From an uncultured Gemmatimonadota bacterium (lineage in GTDB: Bacteria; Gemmatimonadota; Gemmatimonadetes; Gemmatimonadales; GWC2-71-9), in assembly GCA_937961295.1 (NCBI GenBank), contig CALGOK010000144.1, forward strand, positions 1 through 56,875: a stretch of DNA of 56,875 nt, given 5' to 3'. Both the position numbers and the translations under genes were made by a program. The notes under the pieces are model-generated. The model was not told where the DNA came from and searched no databases. It worked only from the letters and a program-made list of their open reading frames with translations. Below, piece by piece: positions 9,080 through 16,750 of the stretch (positions are counted from its first letter, which is position 1; the number at the start of each line of letters is the position of its first letter).

Positions 9080-10295
9080 CACACCGATACTGCTGGCTGC
9101 GAAGCGGCTTGCCGCAGTAGAGATATCGGTGTCGGCTTCCAACCAGCATGAACTCAACGCAGGGATGCTCCGGAAGGCGCTCGCGCTTCCCGAAGCGGGA
9201 GTGTCGGGGCGCCTCGAGCTGCACTACGTCGGTACGAGCGCACGTCTCCTCGATCATGAGTCCACTTTGTACACGCTTTACGACTCGCGAAAGGGCAAGC
9301 CCCGAAGCGCCGAGTATCGGCTCTACTACGCGTCTGCCATGCTGCAGCAACGTGCGAGTGAGGGCGACATCCTCATCGTCTTGCGCCAACCTGATTCCAC
9401 GGACCTTCACGCTCTGGTTGTGCCTGCAGGCTCTCAGCTCGGCAGTACGCTTTCTGTAATCCTCGACGATATCGGATCGCCTCTCTCGACTCGCTTCCGC
9501 CACGTCCGAAAGGCGATCGGAGTGGGTGCCCTTGAGCAACTGCTCGCGAGTCTCACAGAACCTATCGCCGGGCCGGATGCAGGCCGTGTGATTGCCGCAG
9601 CGGACAAGACGTTCGTGTCAGGAGTCCTCGCCAGCGACCAATTGCCCACTACCCGGTCCATGGCAGAAGAAGCACAGAGGATTCTCGCGGAACTTTGGCC
9701 CGGTCCGATCGATGCCGATCAGCATCTGTTCTGGCTGCTCGAGGTCGAGACGTTTCTGTTCCAGCACCTGGAACAACAGCTCGGCCAGCAGGCCTTGGAT
9801 GCAGCGACCCAAGAAGGGCGGATCCCGTTCGAGGCAGCGGTCGCACTGGTGCTGTCTCGACTTCAGTCAAGGAAGTCCCGGCGAGGGCAAAGCCTCCAGC
9901 ACCATTTCGCGGCAGTCCTGACCCGCAACGGAATCCCCTACACGGCACAGGGCGTGACGGAAGGGAAGGAATCGCCCGACTTCATCATTCCCGGTCAGGC
10001 GGCATACGACGACAAGACGCTACCCGATGATCTGTTGAGAATGGTCGCGTGCAAGTCTGTGGTCCGTGAGCGCTGGAGGCAGATTCTGTCCGAGGCCGCG
10101 CGCATTGAAGCGAAGTACCTTCTCACTGTAGATACGGATCTCTCGACGGATGGGCTGCAGGCAATGCGAGCTGCGAACCTCTCGGTGTTTATGCCCCGGC
10201 AAGTCCTAGACACAGCTTATGATGGCGGAGGATATGACAGGAATCTCCGCGACGTTGGTGCTCTGCTGGATGAGCTTCGCGCAGTGCTCCGGTAG
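9027..10295 (+). CDS. Type IIE restriction endonuclease, EcoRII family
   Basis: The C-terminal half SRKSRRGQSLQHHF...GKESPDFIIPGQAAYDD...LLRMVACKSVVRERWRQILSEAARI closely parallels EcoRII as I recall it (NRRKSRAGKSLELHL...KKPDFLFPS...LRMLAVKTTCKDRWRQILNEA). The GTG start at 9027 overlaps vsr by 53 nt; TTG at 9045 is an alternative. Confidence 0.85.
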   Translation: MSDFAALSGQFDLPIEPDTPILLAAKRLAAVEISVSASNQHELNAGMLRKALALPEAGVSGRLELHYVGTSARLLDHESTLYTLYDSRKGKPRSAEYRLYYASAMLQQRASEGDILIVLRQPDSTDLHALVVPAGSQLGSTLSVILDDIGSPLSTRFRHVRKAIGVGALEQLLASLTEPIAGPDAGRVIAAADKTFVSGVLASDQLPTTRSMAEEAQRILAELWPGPIDADQHLFWLLEVETFLFQHLEQQLGQQALDAATQEGRIPFEAAVALVLSRLQSRKSRRGQSLQHHFAAVLTRNGIPYTAQGVTEGKESPDFIIPGQAAYDDKTLPDDLLRMVACKSVVRERWRQILSEAARIEAKYLLTVDTDLSTDGLQAMRAANLSVFMPRQVLDTAYDGGGYDRNLRDVGALLDELRAVLR

Positions 10296-10335
10296 CGAGA
10301 TTGACATTGAGTCTCAGGTGCAGGAGAATGTCGGC

Positions 10336-10365
10336 AGGGTGCCGGGTCGCCAACCCCGGCACCCT
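10336..10365. terminator. Bidirectional stem-loop between convergent genes (right edge of island 1)
   Basis: AGGGTGCCGGG (10336-10346) pairs with CCCGGCACCCT (10355-10365), with an 8-nt loop. It sits between the endonuclease stop (10295) and the stop of 10399..10794. Confidence 0.6.
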
Positions 10366-10398
10366 CGCCAGAATCCGGCGGAAGCTCGAGGCGAGCGG

Positions 10399-10794
10399 CT
10401 AGCCCGCCATTCGCCACCCCGTCCGCGCCTCCGGGAACGCCCTGATCACCAGCTCCCGCGCGGCGGCCACCTCGTCCATCGCGCAGATCCAGTTGCACCC
10501 GACTCCGTCGCACCCCGGGCAGATGAGCGGTGCGTCGTCGGTCTCCTCGCCGAGCCAGCCGGAACCGCGGCACGCCGGGCACCGATCACGCAGCGGCGCG
10601 AACACCCGGTCGGCCAGGTCACGGTGCGCTCCCTTGTGCGCCAACCCGTGCACCCGCACGTAGCGTTCGGTCCACTCCGACGATCGCGGCCACCACCCCG
10701 CGAACGTTCCCTTCTTGCGATGCTCGGCACACATCGGCTCCGGTCCGCACTTGCCGGGACCGCAGCAGAGGTAACTCCAGACACGCTGAGGCAT
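10399..10794 (-). CDS. Cys-rich small protein with two DnaJ-type CxxCxGxG zinc-finger motifs
   Basis: ATG at 10794 gives MPQRVWSYLCCGPGKCGPEPMC.... CPACRGSGW and CPGCDGVGC are CxxCxGxG motifs. The upstream part of the ORF runs into a repeat element. Confidence 0.55.
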   Translation of the reverse strand: MPQRVWSYLCCGPGKCGPEPMCAEHRKKGTFAGWWPRSSEWTERYVRVHGLAHKGAHRDLADRVFAPLRDRCPACRGSGWLGEETDDAPLICPGCDGVGCNWICAMDEVAAARELVIRAFPEARTGWRMAG

Positions 10795-10973
10795 GGGAAC
10801 CCACCCTTTCGCTTGGCGTCGCCGCCTCGCGCGCGCATCCCCCGTGAGTGGGGAGCCACCGTGACCCTCGGGCGAGGGGTCGGTTGGCAGGCGGCCACGT
10901 GCCGCCACTCCTGATGCCCGGCCCGCCGAGACGGAGGCGGACCGTGAGAAGATCATAACAATTTCCCCGGAGC

Positions 10974-11087
10974 CTGTCACCCCGAGGTCGCGTAGCGACC
11001 GAGGGGGCGGAACCTGCCGAATGCACGTGCAAGCTCCGCCCCCTCGCTTCTCCCTCGCTTCGCTCGGGACAAGGCTCGGGGTGACAG
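10974..11087. repeat. Palindromic extragenic repeat, GTCACCCCGAG family (full unit)
   Basis: CTGTCACCCCGAGG...GAGGGGGCGGAAC...GCTCCGCCCCCTC...CTCGGGGTGACAG. The outer and inner inverted repeats are both visible. Confidence 0.85.
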
Positions 11088-11145
11088 CAGCTCGTCAGAA
11101 GACTCACAACTGGTTTCAGGTGTCCTCGTGCGATACTCTAGGCAG

Positions 11146-12045
11146 ATGAATTGGTCATCACTGTTCGCTGTCGGATTGCTCCTCCCCGCCTGCGCCCCCG
11201 CTCAGGCGCCCGGGCTCCCGTTCGAGTTCGCCGGCCACATCTTCTTCCACGCCACCATCAACGGCGACTCCGCCCGGCTGCTCTACGACCCGATCGACAA
11301 CCTGATGCTCGATCGCCAGTTCGTCCTCCGCCGGCCCGGCTGGCACCGCACCTGGCGCGACATCGGATATCCGGCGCGGGCCACGGCACGGGGCGGCGGC
11401 GGGGATGAAGTGGAGGTGACCTTCGCCGATTCGGTGACCCTCGAACTCGGCGAGATGCGCCGATTCCTCCCGCGCGTCCCCGTCATCCCGCTCGACTCGA
11501 TGCTCGGCAACGCCGCCGACAGACAGGTCGACGGACTGCTCGGCACCACCTTTTTTGGCGATCAGGCCCTGCAGCTCAACTTCACCACCCTGCGCGCCCA
11601 ACTGCTCGACCCCGCGACCATCGACACCACCGGCTGGCAGGTGCTGCCTCTCATCGTCACCGGCCCGCGCGCCACCACCATGCTGCAGGTCACCTGGCCC
11701 GACGGCTCACACGACTCGCTCCGCACCCTGATCGACCTCGGCATGAGCGCCACGCTCCGCGTCAGCACCCGCGAAACCAACGCCCGCAACCTCACCCGCC
11801 ACGCCACCTCCACCACCGCCGATACGCTCGGTCGCGGACTCGGCGGCACGCTGACGTCTCTGCCGGTGGAAGGGACAACGGTGCAGTTCGGCAAACTCAC
11901 CAGCGAACCGTTCCGCACCTGGCTCGCCCGCGAACCCACCGGCGCCGACGCCAACCCGCCCTACGACGCGCTGATCGGGTTCGGCGTGCTGGCGCGGTTC
12001 GAGATCATCTACGATCCGGGGAATGAGAGGATGCTGGTGAGGTGA
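11146..12045 (+). CDS. Secreted protein, possibly retropepsin-like (clan AA) aspartyl protease fold
   Basis: MNWSSLFAVGLLLPACAPAQA is a signal peptide. LLGTTFFGDQALQLNF and ALIGFGVLARFEIIYDPGNERMLV resemble the retropepsin-like C-terminal strands. The catalytic D(T/S)G is not clear. Confidence 0.6.
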   Translation: MNWSSLFAVGLLLPACAPAQAPGLPFEFAGHIFFHATINGDSARLLYDPIDNLMLDRQFVLRRPGWHRTWRDIGYPARATARGGGGDEVEVTFADSVTLELGEMRRFLPRVPVIPLDSMLGNAADRQVDGLLGTTFFGDQALQLNFTTLRAQLLDPATIDTTGWQVLPLIVTGPRATTMLQVTWPDGSHDSLRTLIDLGMSATLRVSTRETNARNLTRHATSTTADTLGRGLGGTLTSLPVEGTTVQFGKLTSEPFRTWLAREPTGADANPPYDALIGFGVLARFEIIYDPGNERMLVR

Positions 12046-12058
12046 TCCCCTTGGGGCC

Positions 12059-12203
12059 CTGTCACCCCGAGGAACTGTCACCCCGAGGGAGCGTAGCGAC
12101 CGAGGGGGCGGAACCCGCCGAATGCGAATGCCGGCCTCCGCCCCCTCACTGCTCCCTCGCTTCGCTCGGGACAAGGCTCGGGGTGACAGTTCCTCGGGGT
12201 GAC
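12059..12203. repeat. Palindromic repeat, GTCACCCCGAG family, with duplicated termini
   Basis: The left end is TGTCACCCCGAGGAAC followed by TGTCACCCCGAGGG. The right end is CTCGGGGTGACAGTTCCTCGGGGTGAC. It starts 13 nt after the upstream stop. Confidence 0.85.
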
Positions 12204-12219
12204 TGGCATACATTGCACC

Positions 12220-13323
12220 ATGCCTAAGCTCACTGATGTCCCAACCCCCGCCCTCGTCCTCGACCGCGCCATCCTCGCGCGCAACCTCGACCGCATGACC
12301 CGCGCGGTGGGTCGCCACGGCGTGGTGCTCCGCCCGCACCTCAAGACCGCCAAGAGCGCCGACGTGGCGCGGATGGCGATGGAACGCGGCGCCAAGGGGA
12401 TCACGGTGTCGACCGTCGCCGAGGCGGCGTACTTCGCCGAACACCGCTTCGACGACATCCTGCTGGCGGTGAGCATCACACCGGAGAAGCTCGCGCGACT
12501 CGAACCGGTGATCGCCAAGGGCGCGCGAGTGACGGTGCTCACCGACAGCATCGCGGTGGCCAAGGCGATTGCCGAATCACCGCTGCCGGTGCGCGCGCTG
12601 ATCGAGATCGATTGCGGCGAGCATCGCTCCGGCGTCTTTGCCGACGATCCGGTGCTGCTCGAGATCGCCGGCGCGCTGGGCGACCGGCTGGCCGGGGTGA
12701 TGACCCACGCCGGCTACCGCGGCAGAACGCCCGCGGAACACGCCGTGGTCGCGGAGCAGGAACGCACCGCGGTGGTCGACGCGGCGGAGCTGATCGGGCG
12801 GAGCGGTCGCTCGGTTGAGGTCGTGTCGGTCGGCTCGACGCCCACGGCGATGTTTGCCGAGCGACTCGATGGAGTGACCGAGGTGCGGGCGGGGGTGTAC
12901 ATGTTCGGCGACCTGTTCCAGGCGGCGATCGGTGCATGCGCCCACGACGAGATCGCGGTGACGGTGCTCGCGTCGGTGATCGGCCACCGGGTGGAGCACG
13001 GCGTGCTGGTGCTCGATGCCGGCGCGCTGGCGCTGTCCAAGGATCGCAGCACCGAGACCACCGCGCACGACGCGGGATTCGGCACGGTGTGGGACCTGGA
13101 TGGCAAGCCTGCGTTCGGTACCACGAAGATCGTGCGCGTCTACCAGGAGCACGGCCTGGCGATGTGCGAAGGCCACTGGCCGTGGGATGCGCTGCCGATC
13201 GGCGCCAAGGTGCGCATCGCGCCGAACCACAGCTGCATCACCGCCGCGGCCTACGACCGCTACCACGTGGTGGACGGCGGGCAGGAGGTGGTGGCGGAGT
13301 GGGGTAGGTGCGTGGGGTGGTAG
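12220..13323 (+). CDS. PLP-dependent D-serine deaminase / D-threonine aldolase-like enzyme (alanine racemase N-terminal fold)
   Basis: TPALVLDRAILARNLDRM....VLRPHLKTAKS carries the PLP lysine in an HxKT context. The length and the C-terminal ...RIAPNHSCITAA motif fit the DSD1 family. Confidence 0.8.
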   Translation: MPKLTDVPTPALVLDRAILARNLDRMTRAVGRHGVVLRPHLKTAKSADVARMAMERGAKGITVSTVAEAAYFAEHRFDDILLAVSITPEKLARLEPVIAKGARVTVLTDSIAVAKAIAESPLPVRALIEIDCGEHRSGVFADDPVLLEIAGALGDRLAGVMTHAGYRGRTPAEHAVVAEQERTAVVDAAELIGRSGRSVEVVSVGSTPTAMFAERLDGVTEVRAGVYMFGDLFQAAIGACAHDEIAVTVLASVIGHRVEHGVLVLDAGALALSKDRSTETTAHDAGFGTVWDLDGKPAFGTTKIVRVYQEHGLAMCEGHWPWDALPIGAKVRIAPNHSCITAAAYDRYHVVDGGQEVVAEWGRCVGW

Positions 13324-13373
13324 GAGCCGTCCCCCCGCCCGCTTCCCGACTCCGGGATCCTGACGTACTCTCG

Positions 13374-13892
13374 ATGCCTCCCCACCCAAGGAGACACCCC
13401 GTGATCCGGTCCCGCGTCCCAGCCGCCCTCGCCACGCTCCTGCTGCTCGCCGCGTGCACCGCCGAGCAGGCGCCTCCCGCCGAACCGGTCGAGAGCGATC
13501 AGGCGGCAGTGGCCGCCGCGATCGACTCGGCGTTCACGGCGTTCTTCGACGCCGCCAAGGTCGGTGACGTCGACGCCATGCTCACCCACCTCACCGCCGA
13601 TGCCCGGATCCTCGAGCCCGGGATTCGTGCGGGCCGCGACGAGTTCGGGACGATCGTTCGTGAACTCTTCGGGGCTGACGGCGGGGTGGTCTCGATCGAC
13701 CTCAGGCGCGACGATCTCTTCGGCCACGGCGACGTGGTGTACGACGTGGGCGAGTATGACGAGGTCCTCGCCACGGTGCATGGCGAGATGCGGATCGAAG
13801 GGAACTACTTCATCCGCTGGGAGCGCGGCGACGACGGCGCCTGGCGGATCGACCGCGTGGTGGTGGGCCCGCGCGCGGCACCGGAGATGTAG
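13374..13892 (+). CDS. Lipoprotein with SnoaL/DUF4440-like (NTF2 fold) domain
   Basis: The signal ...VPAALATLLLLAACTAEQ is present. The body (AAAIDSAFTAFFDAAKVGDVDAMLTHLTADARILEPG...YFIRWERGDDGAWRIDRVVV) is typical NTF2-like. The start is ATG 13374 or GTG 13401. Confidence 0.7.
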   Translation: MPPHPRRHPVIRSRVPAALATLLLLAACTAEQAPPAEPVESDQAAVAAAIDSAFTAFFDAAKVGDVDAMLTHLTADARILEPGIRAGRDEFGTIVRELFGADGGVVSIDLRRDDLFGHGDVVYDVGEYDEVLATVHGEMRIEGNYFIRWERGDDGAWRIDRVVVGPRAAPEM

Positions 13893-13936
13893 GCGAAGCT
13901 CGAGATCCCTGCGCCACAACCGAACGGAGCACCGAC

Positions 13937-14035
13937 ATGAGCGGTTTGTCCATTGGAATCTTCGTGGGTGTGTTCGTGGTGATCGTGCTGGCGGGGTGGT
14001 ACGTGGCTACGCGCTCGAAGGACGGCCAGTCGTAA
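13937..14035 (+). CDS. Possible 32-aa single-pass membrane peptide
   Basis: ATG 13937 to TAA 14033-14035 encodes MSGLSIGIFVGVFVVIVLAGWYVATRSKDGQS. It sits tightly between neighbouring genes and is too short for the ORF track. Confidence 0.35.
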   Translation: MSGLSIGIFVGVFVVIVLAGWYVATRSKDGQS

Positions 14036-14037
14036 CC

Positions 14038-14541
14038 ATGGCGGATCCGGTGTTCCGCGACGCCACGGCCGACGACGTCGCCGAGATCGTGGCGCTCCGG
14101 AACGCCACGGCGGACGCGCTCACCGCGAGGCACGGCAAGGGTCACTGGTCGAACCAGGTCACCGACCGCTCGGTGCTGCTCGACGTGCGCCGGGCTCGGC
14201 TGCGCATCGGCCGCACCGGCGGACGCCTGGTGACGGTCCTGCAACTGGGCACCCGCAAGCCATGGGCGATCGACGTCAGCCATTTCACCCCGGTCGCACG
14301 ACCGCTCTATCTCACCAACATGGCCGTGGCGGTGAGCGAGCAGCGCCGTGGCCTCGGCCGAATGGCGCTCGATGACGCGATTGATGTTGCGCGGACCTGG
14401 CCGGCCGACGCGATCCGGCTCGACGCCTACGACGGACCCGCCGGTGCCGGCCCGTTCTACGAGCGCTGCGGGTTCACGCCGCACGGGCAGGTGACGTATC
14501 GCGGGACGCCGCTCGCCTACTTCGAGATGCTGCTGGGGTGA
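14038..14541 (+). CDS. GNAT-family N-acetyltransferase
   Basis: ATG 14038 gives MADPVFRDATADDVAEIVALRN.... MAVAVSEQRRGLGRMALDDAI is the Q/RxxGxG/A acetyl-CoA motif. The protein ends ...FYERCGF. Confidence 0.85.
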   Translation: MADPVFRDATADDVAEIVALRNATADALTARHGKGHWSNQVTDRSVLLDVRRARLRIGRTGGRLVTVLQLGTRKPWAIDVSHFTPVARPLYLTNMAVAVSEQRRGLGRMALDDAIDVARTWPADAIRLDAYDGPAGAGPFYERCGFTPHGQVTYRGTPLAYFEMLLG

Positions 14542-14565
14542 CAGGGCCCATGTATGTGAAGTTGC

Positions 14566-15093
14566 CTAAGGCCTGCCCCGCAGCACCCCCGCCACCTTCT
14601 CCAGGGTGTTCCAGCTTCGCGTCGTGGCCGGCGCGCCAAACAGCCTGTCGAGCGCGCCGAGCCGCGAGATCGCCTTCATGTGGCGACGATAGACTCCCAC
14701 CACGAAGCGTTCATGAACCGCCAACAGCTTCACGTCCCAGTCGCCTGTTTCCGGAAGCGAAATCGGAAGCGAGGCTCCGCGCTTGGGCGAATGAGAGAAG
14801 AGAGAAGCGAAGCGCACCAGCTCCTTCTTCTCCGGATAGCCCTTGAACCAGTCGCCCGATACCAGGTCGAGCACGTCCTTCCCCGCGCAGATCATGATCT
14901 CGGTGTCAAACGGCAATCGCTCGGCAAACTACGCGCGCAGTTCCGTGACGGACACCTTCTCCCGGATCACGAACGTTCCCGCGGCGCCGATGTTCACGGC
15001 GTCGAGGTGCGACAGGTCCTTGGCCAGGCGAGCGGGACTGAACGTCCGGTGCCCGCCGACGTTGACGCCGCGGAGGAGGACGAGGTGGGGCAT
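14566..15093 (-). pseudogene. DUF1697-family gene interrupted by one in-frame TAG
   Basis: From ATG 15093 the frame reads MPHLVLLRGVNVGGHRTFSPARLAKDL...VTELRA*FAERLPFDTEIMICAG.... The TAG is at 14929-14931 in the same frame as ORF 14566..14916. LLRGxNVGG is the DUF1697 N-terminal signature. Confidence 0.75.
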
Positions 15094-15219
15094 GGGGGAA
15101 ATGTCGCCCCAAGCGCGCCAAGCGGGGGAGGCTGACGGAGTCCATCATGGCGACGGAGGGGCCGCAATTCCATTCGCCACAACGCGTTAGCCGGTGCCGC
15201 GTCTTCGTGGTGACTCTCG

Positions 15220-15255
15220 ATATGCTCTTGCAAGCATATACCGCAAGAGGCATAT
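15220..15255 (+). promoter_or_regulatory. Putative operator of the toxin-antitoxin operon
   Basis: ATATGCT-N6-AGCATAT (15220-15239) is followed by GCAAGAGGCATAT (15243-15255), which mirrors ATATGCTCTTGC. It ends 4 nt before the toxin ATG. Confidence 0.45.
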
Positions 15256-15258
15256 TCG

Positions 15259-15624
15259 ATGGAGTCGTCCAGGCCGGCATGGCGGGTTGAGGTCAGCCAC
15301 GAGTTTCGGGTCTGGTGGCACGGGCTAGATCACACGGCGAGGAAGGCGCTCGCTCCCAGGATCCGCCTCATTCGTGAACAGGGTCCAGCGCTTGGCTATC
15401 CGTACTCGTCGCAGATTCAGGGATCACGGTTCGGCCGGCTGCGGGAGTTGCGAGTCCAGCATGCGGGGAGACCGTATCGCCTGCTCTATGCCTTCGACCA
15501 CCGCCGAGTGGCGATCCTGCTGGTGGGTGGTGACAAGGGAAAGGACGACCGGTGGTATGAACGAATGGTTCCTCGCGCGGAGGCCATTCTGGAACGACAT
15601 CTCAGCGAGTCCGGAGGAGAATGA
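15259..15624 (+). CDS. Type II toxin, RelE/HigB superfamily (Gp49-like)
   Basis: GPALGYPYSSQIQGSRFGRLRELRVQHAGRPYRLLYAFDHRRVAILLVGGDKGKDDRWY matches the Gp49/HigB-2 pattern. The toxin lies upstream of the antitoxin. Confidence 0.8.
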   Translation: MESSRPAWRVEVSHEFRVWWHGLDHTARKALAPRIRLIREQGPALGYPYSSQIQGSRFGRLRELRVQHAGRPYRLLYAFDHRRVAILLVGGDKGKDDRWYERMVPRAEAILERHLSESGGE

Positions 15625-15932
15625 TGCCAAACGTGAGCTGGGACGAACTCGAGGCGGAGTTCTCCCCCGAGACACGCAAGGAGATAAGGGAGCGCGCCCG
15701 GGAGATCGGCATGATCCTGAGCCTCATGGACTTGCTCCACGAGCGCGAGCTCACGCAAGCCGAGATCGCCGAACGGCTGCAGCGCGCCCAGAGCAACATC
15801 TCGCGCATCCTGCGTCGTGCCGACGTGCGGGTCAGCACGCTGCGATCGGTGATCGAGGCGATGGGGGGCGAGCTGGAGCTGGTCGCGCGGTTTCCGGATG
15901 CGACGTATGCGATCGCGGGTGGGGAGGGGTAG
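15621..15932 (+). CDS. XRE-family HTH antitoxin
   Basis: There is an ATGA overlap with the toxin stop. LTQAEIAERLQRAQSNISRIL is an HTH motif. Confidence 0.8.
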   Translation: MMPNVSWDELEAEFSPETRKEIRERAREIGMILSLMDLLHERELTQAEIAERLQRAQSNISRILRRADVRVSTLRSVIEAMGGELELVARFPDATYAIAGGEG

Positions 15933-15934
15933 CA

Positions 15935-16156
15935 CTGTCACCCTGAGGGAGCGCAGCGACCGAGGGGGCGGAGCTTGCACGTGCAGACTCCGCCCCCTCG
16001 CCTTGAACTGTCACCCCGAGCCGGCCGCTCTTCGCGGCCGCCCCGAGTCTTGTCCCGAGCGAAGCGAGGGAGAGCACAGCGAACGAGGGGGCGGCGCTTG
16101 CCGAATGCGAATGCCGGCCTCCGCCCCCTCGGTCGCTACGCTCCCTCGGGGTGACA
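15935..16156. repeat. Composite of two GTCACCCCGAG-family units
   Basis: CTGTCACCCTGAGGGAGCGCAGCGACCGAGGGGGCGGAGC..., then AACTGTCACCCCGAGCC..., ending ...CCCTCGGTCGCTACGCTCCCTCGGGGTGACA. It begins 2 nt after the antitoxin stop. Confidence 0.85.
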
Positions 16157-16178
16157 TGGCCCATATGAGTGGGATTGC

Positions 16179-16478
16179 CTAAGGCAAGCTCCACCCAAGC
16201 TTGCGAGCCAGGTCCTCCCACTCCGGATTCATCGACTCCACCAGATCCAGCCGATCGAGGCGCTTCCAGCCCTTGATCTCCTTCTCGCGCGCGATCGCTT
16301 GCAACTGTCCGGAGACAGCCTCGTAGTAGACGAGACACCGCGTGTTGTGGCGCGCGGAGTAGGAAGTGGCGTCGCCGTTCTGGTGCTCCGCCCAGCGGCG
16401 ATGCAGGTCGTTCGTGACGCCGACGTAGAGCTCGCGACTCGGCGAGGCGAGGATATACACCCACATGAGCTTGGCCAT
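16179..16478 (-). CDS. GIY-YIG nuclease family protein (UPF0213-like, 99 aa)
   Basis: WVYILASPSRELYVGVTNDLHRRWAEHQ...YYEAVSGQLQAIAREKEIKGWKR carries the GIY...YVG, R, E and N core motifs. Confidence 0.88.
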   Translation of the reverse strand: MAKLMWVYILASPSRELYVGVTNDLHRRWAEHQNGDATSYSARHNTRCLVYYEAVSGQLQAIAREKEIKGWKRLDRLDLVESMNPEWEDLARKLGWSLP

Positions 16479-16542
16479 GTGGGATGTTCACGTGAGGAAG
16501 GCGAATGCCGTGGTACATGTTCGCGCAGCGGTACACGAGAAA

Positions 16543-16725
16543 GTGTCACCTCGAGGAGCTGTCACCCCGAGCGAAGCGAGGGGGCGGAGCTTGCCTTGGG
16601 CAACAGCTTCTTTCTTGTGGCCTGTCACCCCGAGGGTGCCCGCATGGCACCCGAGGGGGCGGAGGCCGGCATTCGCATCTTGCAGGTGCCGCCCCCTCGG
16701 GTGCTTCGCACCCTCGGGGTGACAT
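16543..16725. repeat. Composite of GTCACCCCGAG-family units
   Basis: GTGTCACCTCGAGGAGCTGTCACCCCGAGCGAAGCGAGGGGGCGGAGC... then CCTGTCACCCCGAGGGTGCCC...CACCCTCGGGGTGACAT. Confidence 0.85.
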
Positions 16726-16750
16726 ACCCGCTGACCCAAGAGGATCCACG

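Noticed and set aside
3878-10391. 9-nt direct repeat AGCTCGAGG at 3878-3886 and 10383-10391 as possible island 1 target-site duplication
   Set aside because: It is too short and too GC-rich and palindromic (it contains a CTCGAG core) to distinguish from chance in this genome.
16505-16750. ORFs that translate repeat units: the N-terminal extension of 16505..17500, and 12042..12227, 15898..16182, 21020..21619 and 40108..40734
   Set aside because: The recurring peptides (CHPE, SPRGS, ATEGAEP, GGGACRMRMPASAPS) are just the palindromic repeats read in different frames. Real starts with signal peptides lie downstream.
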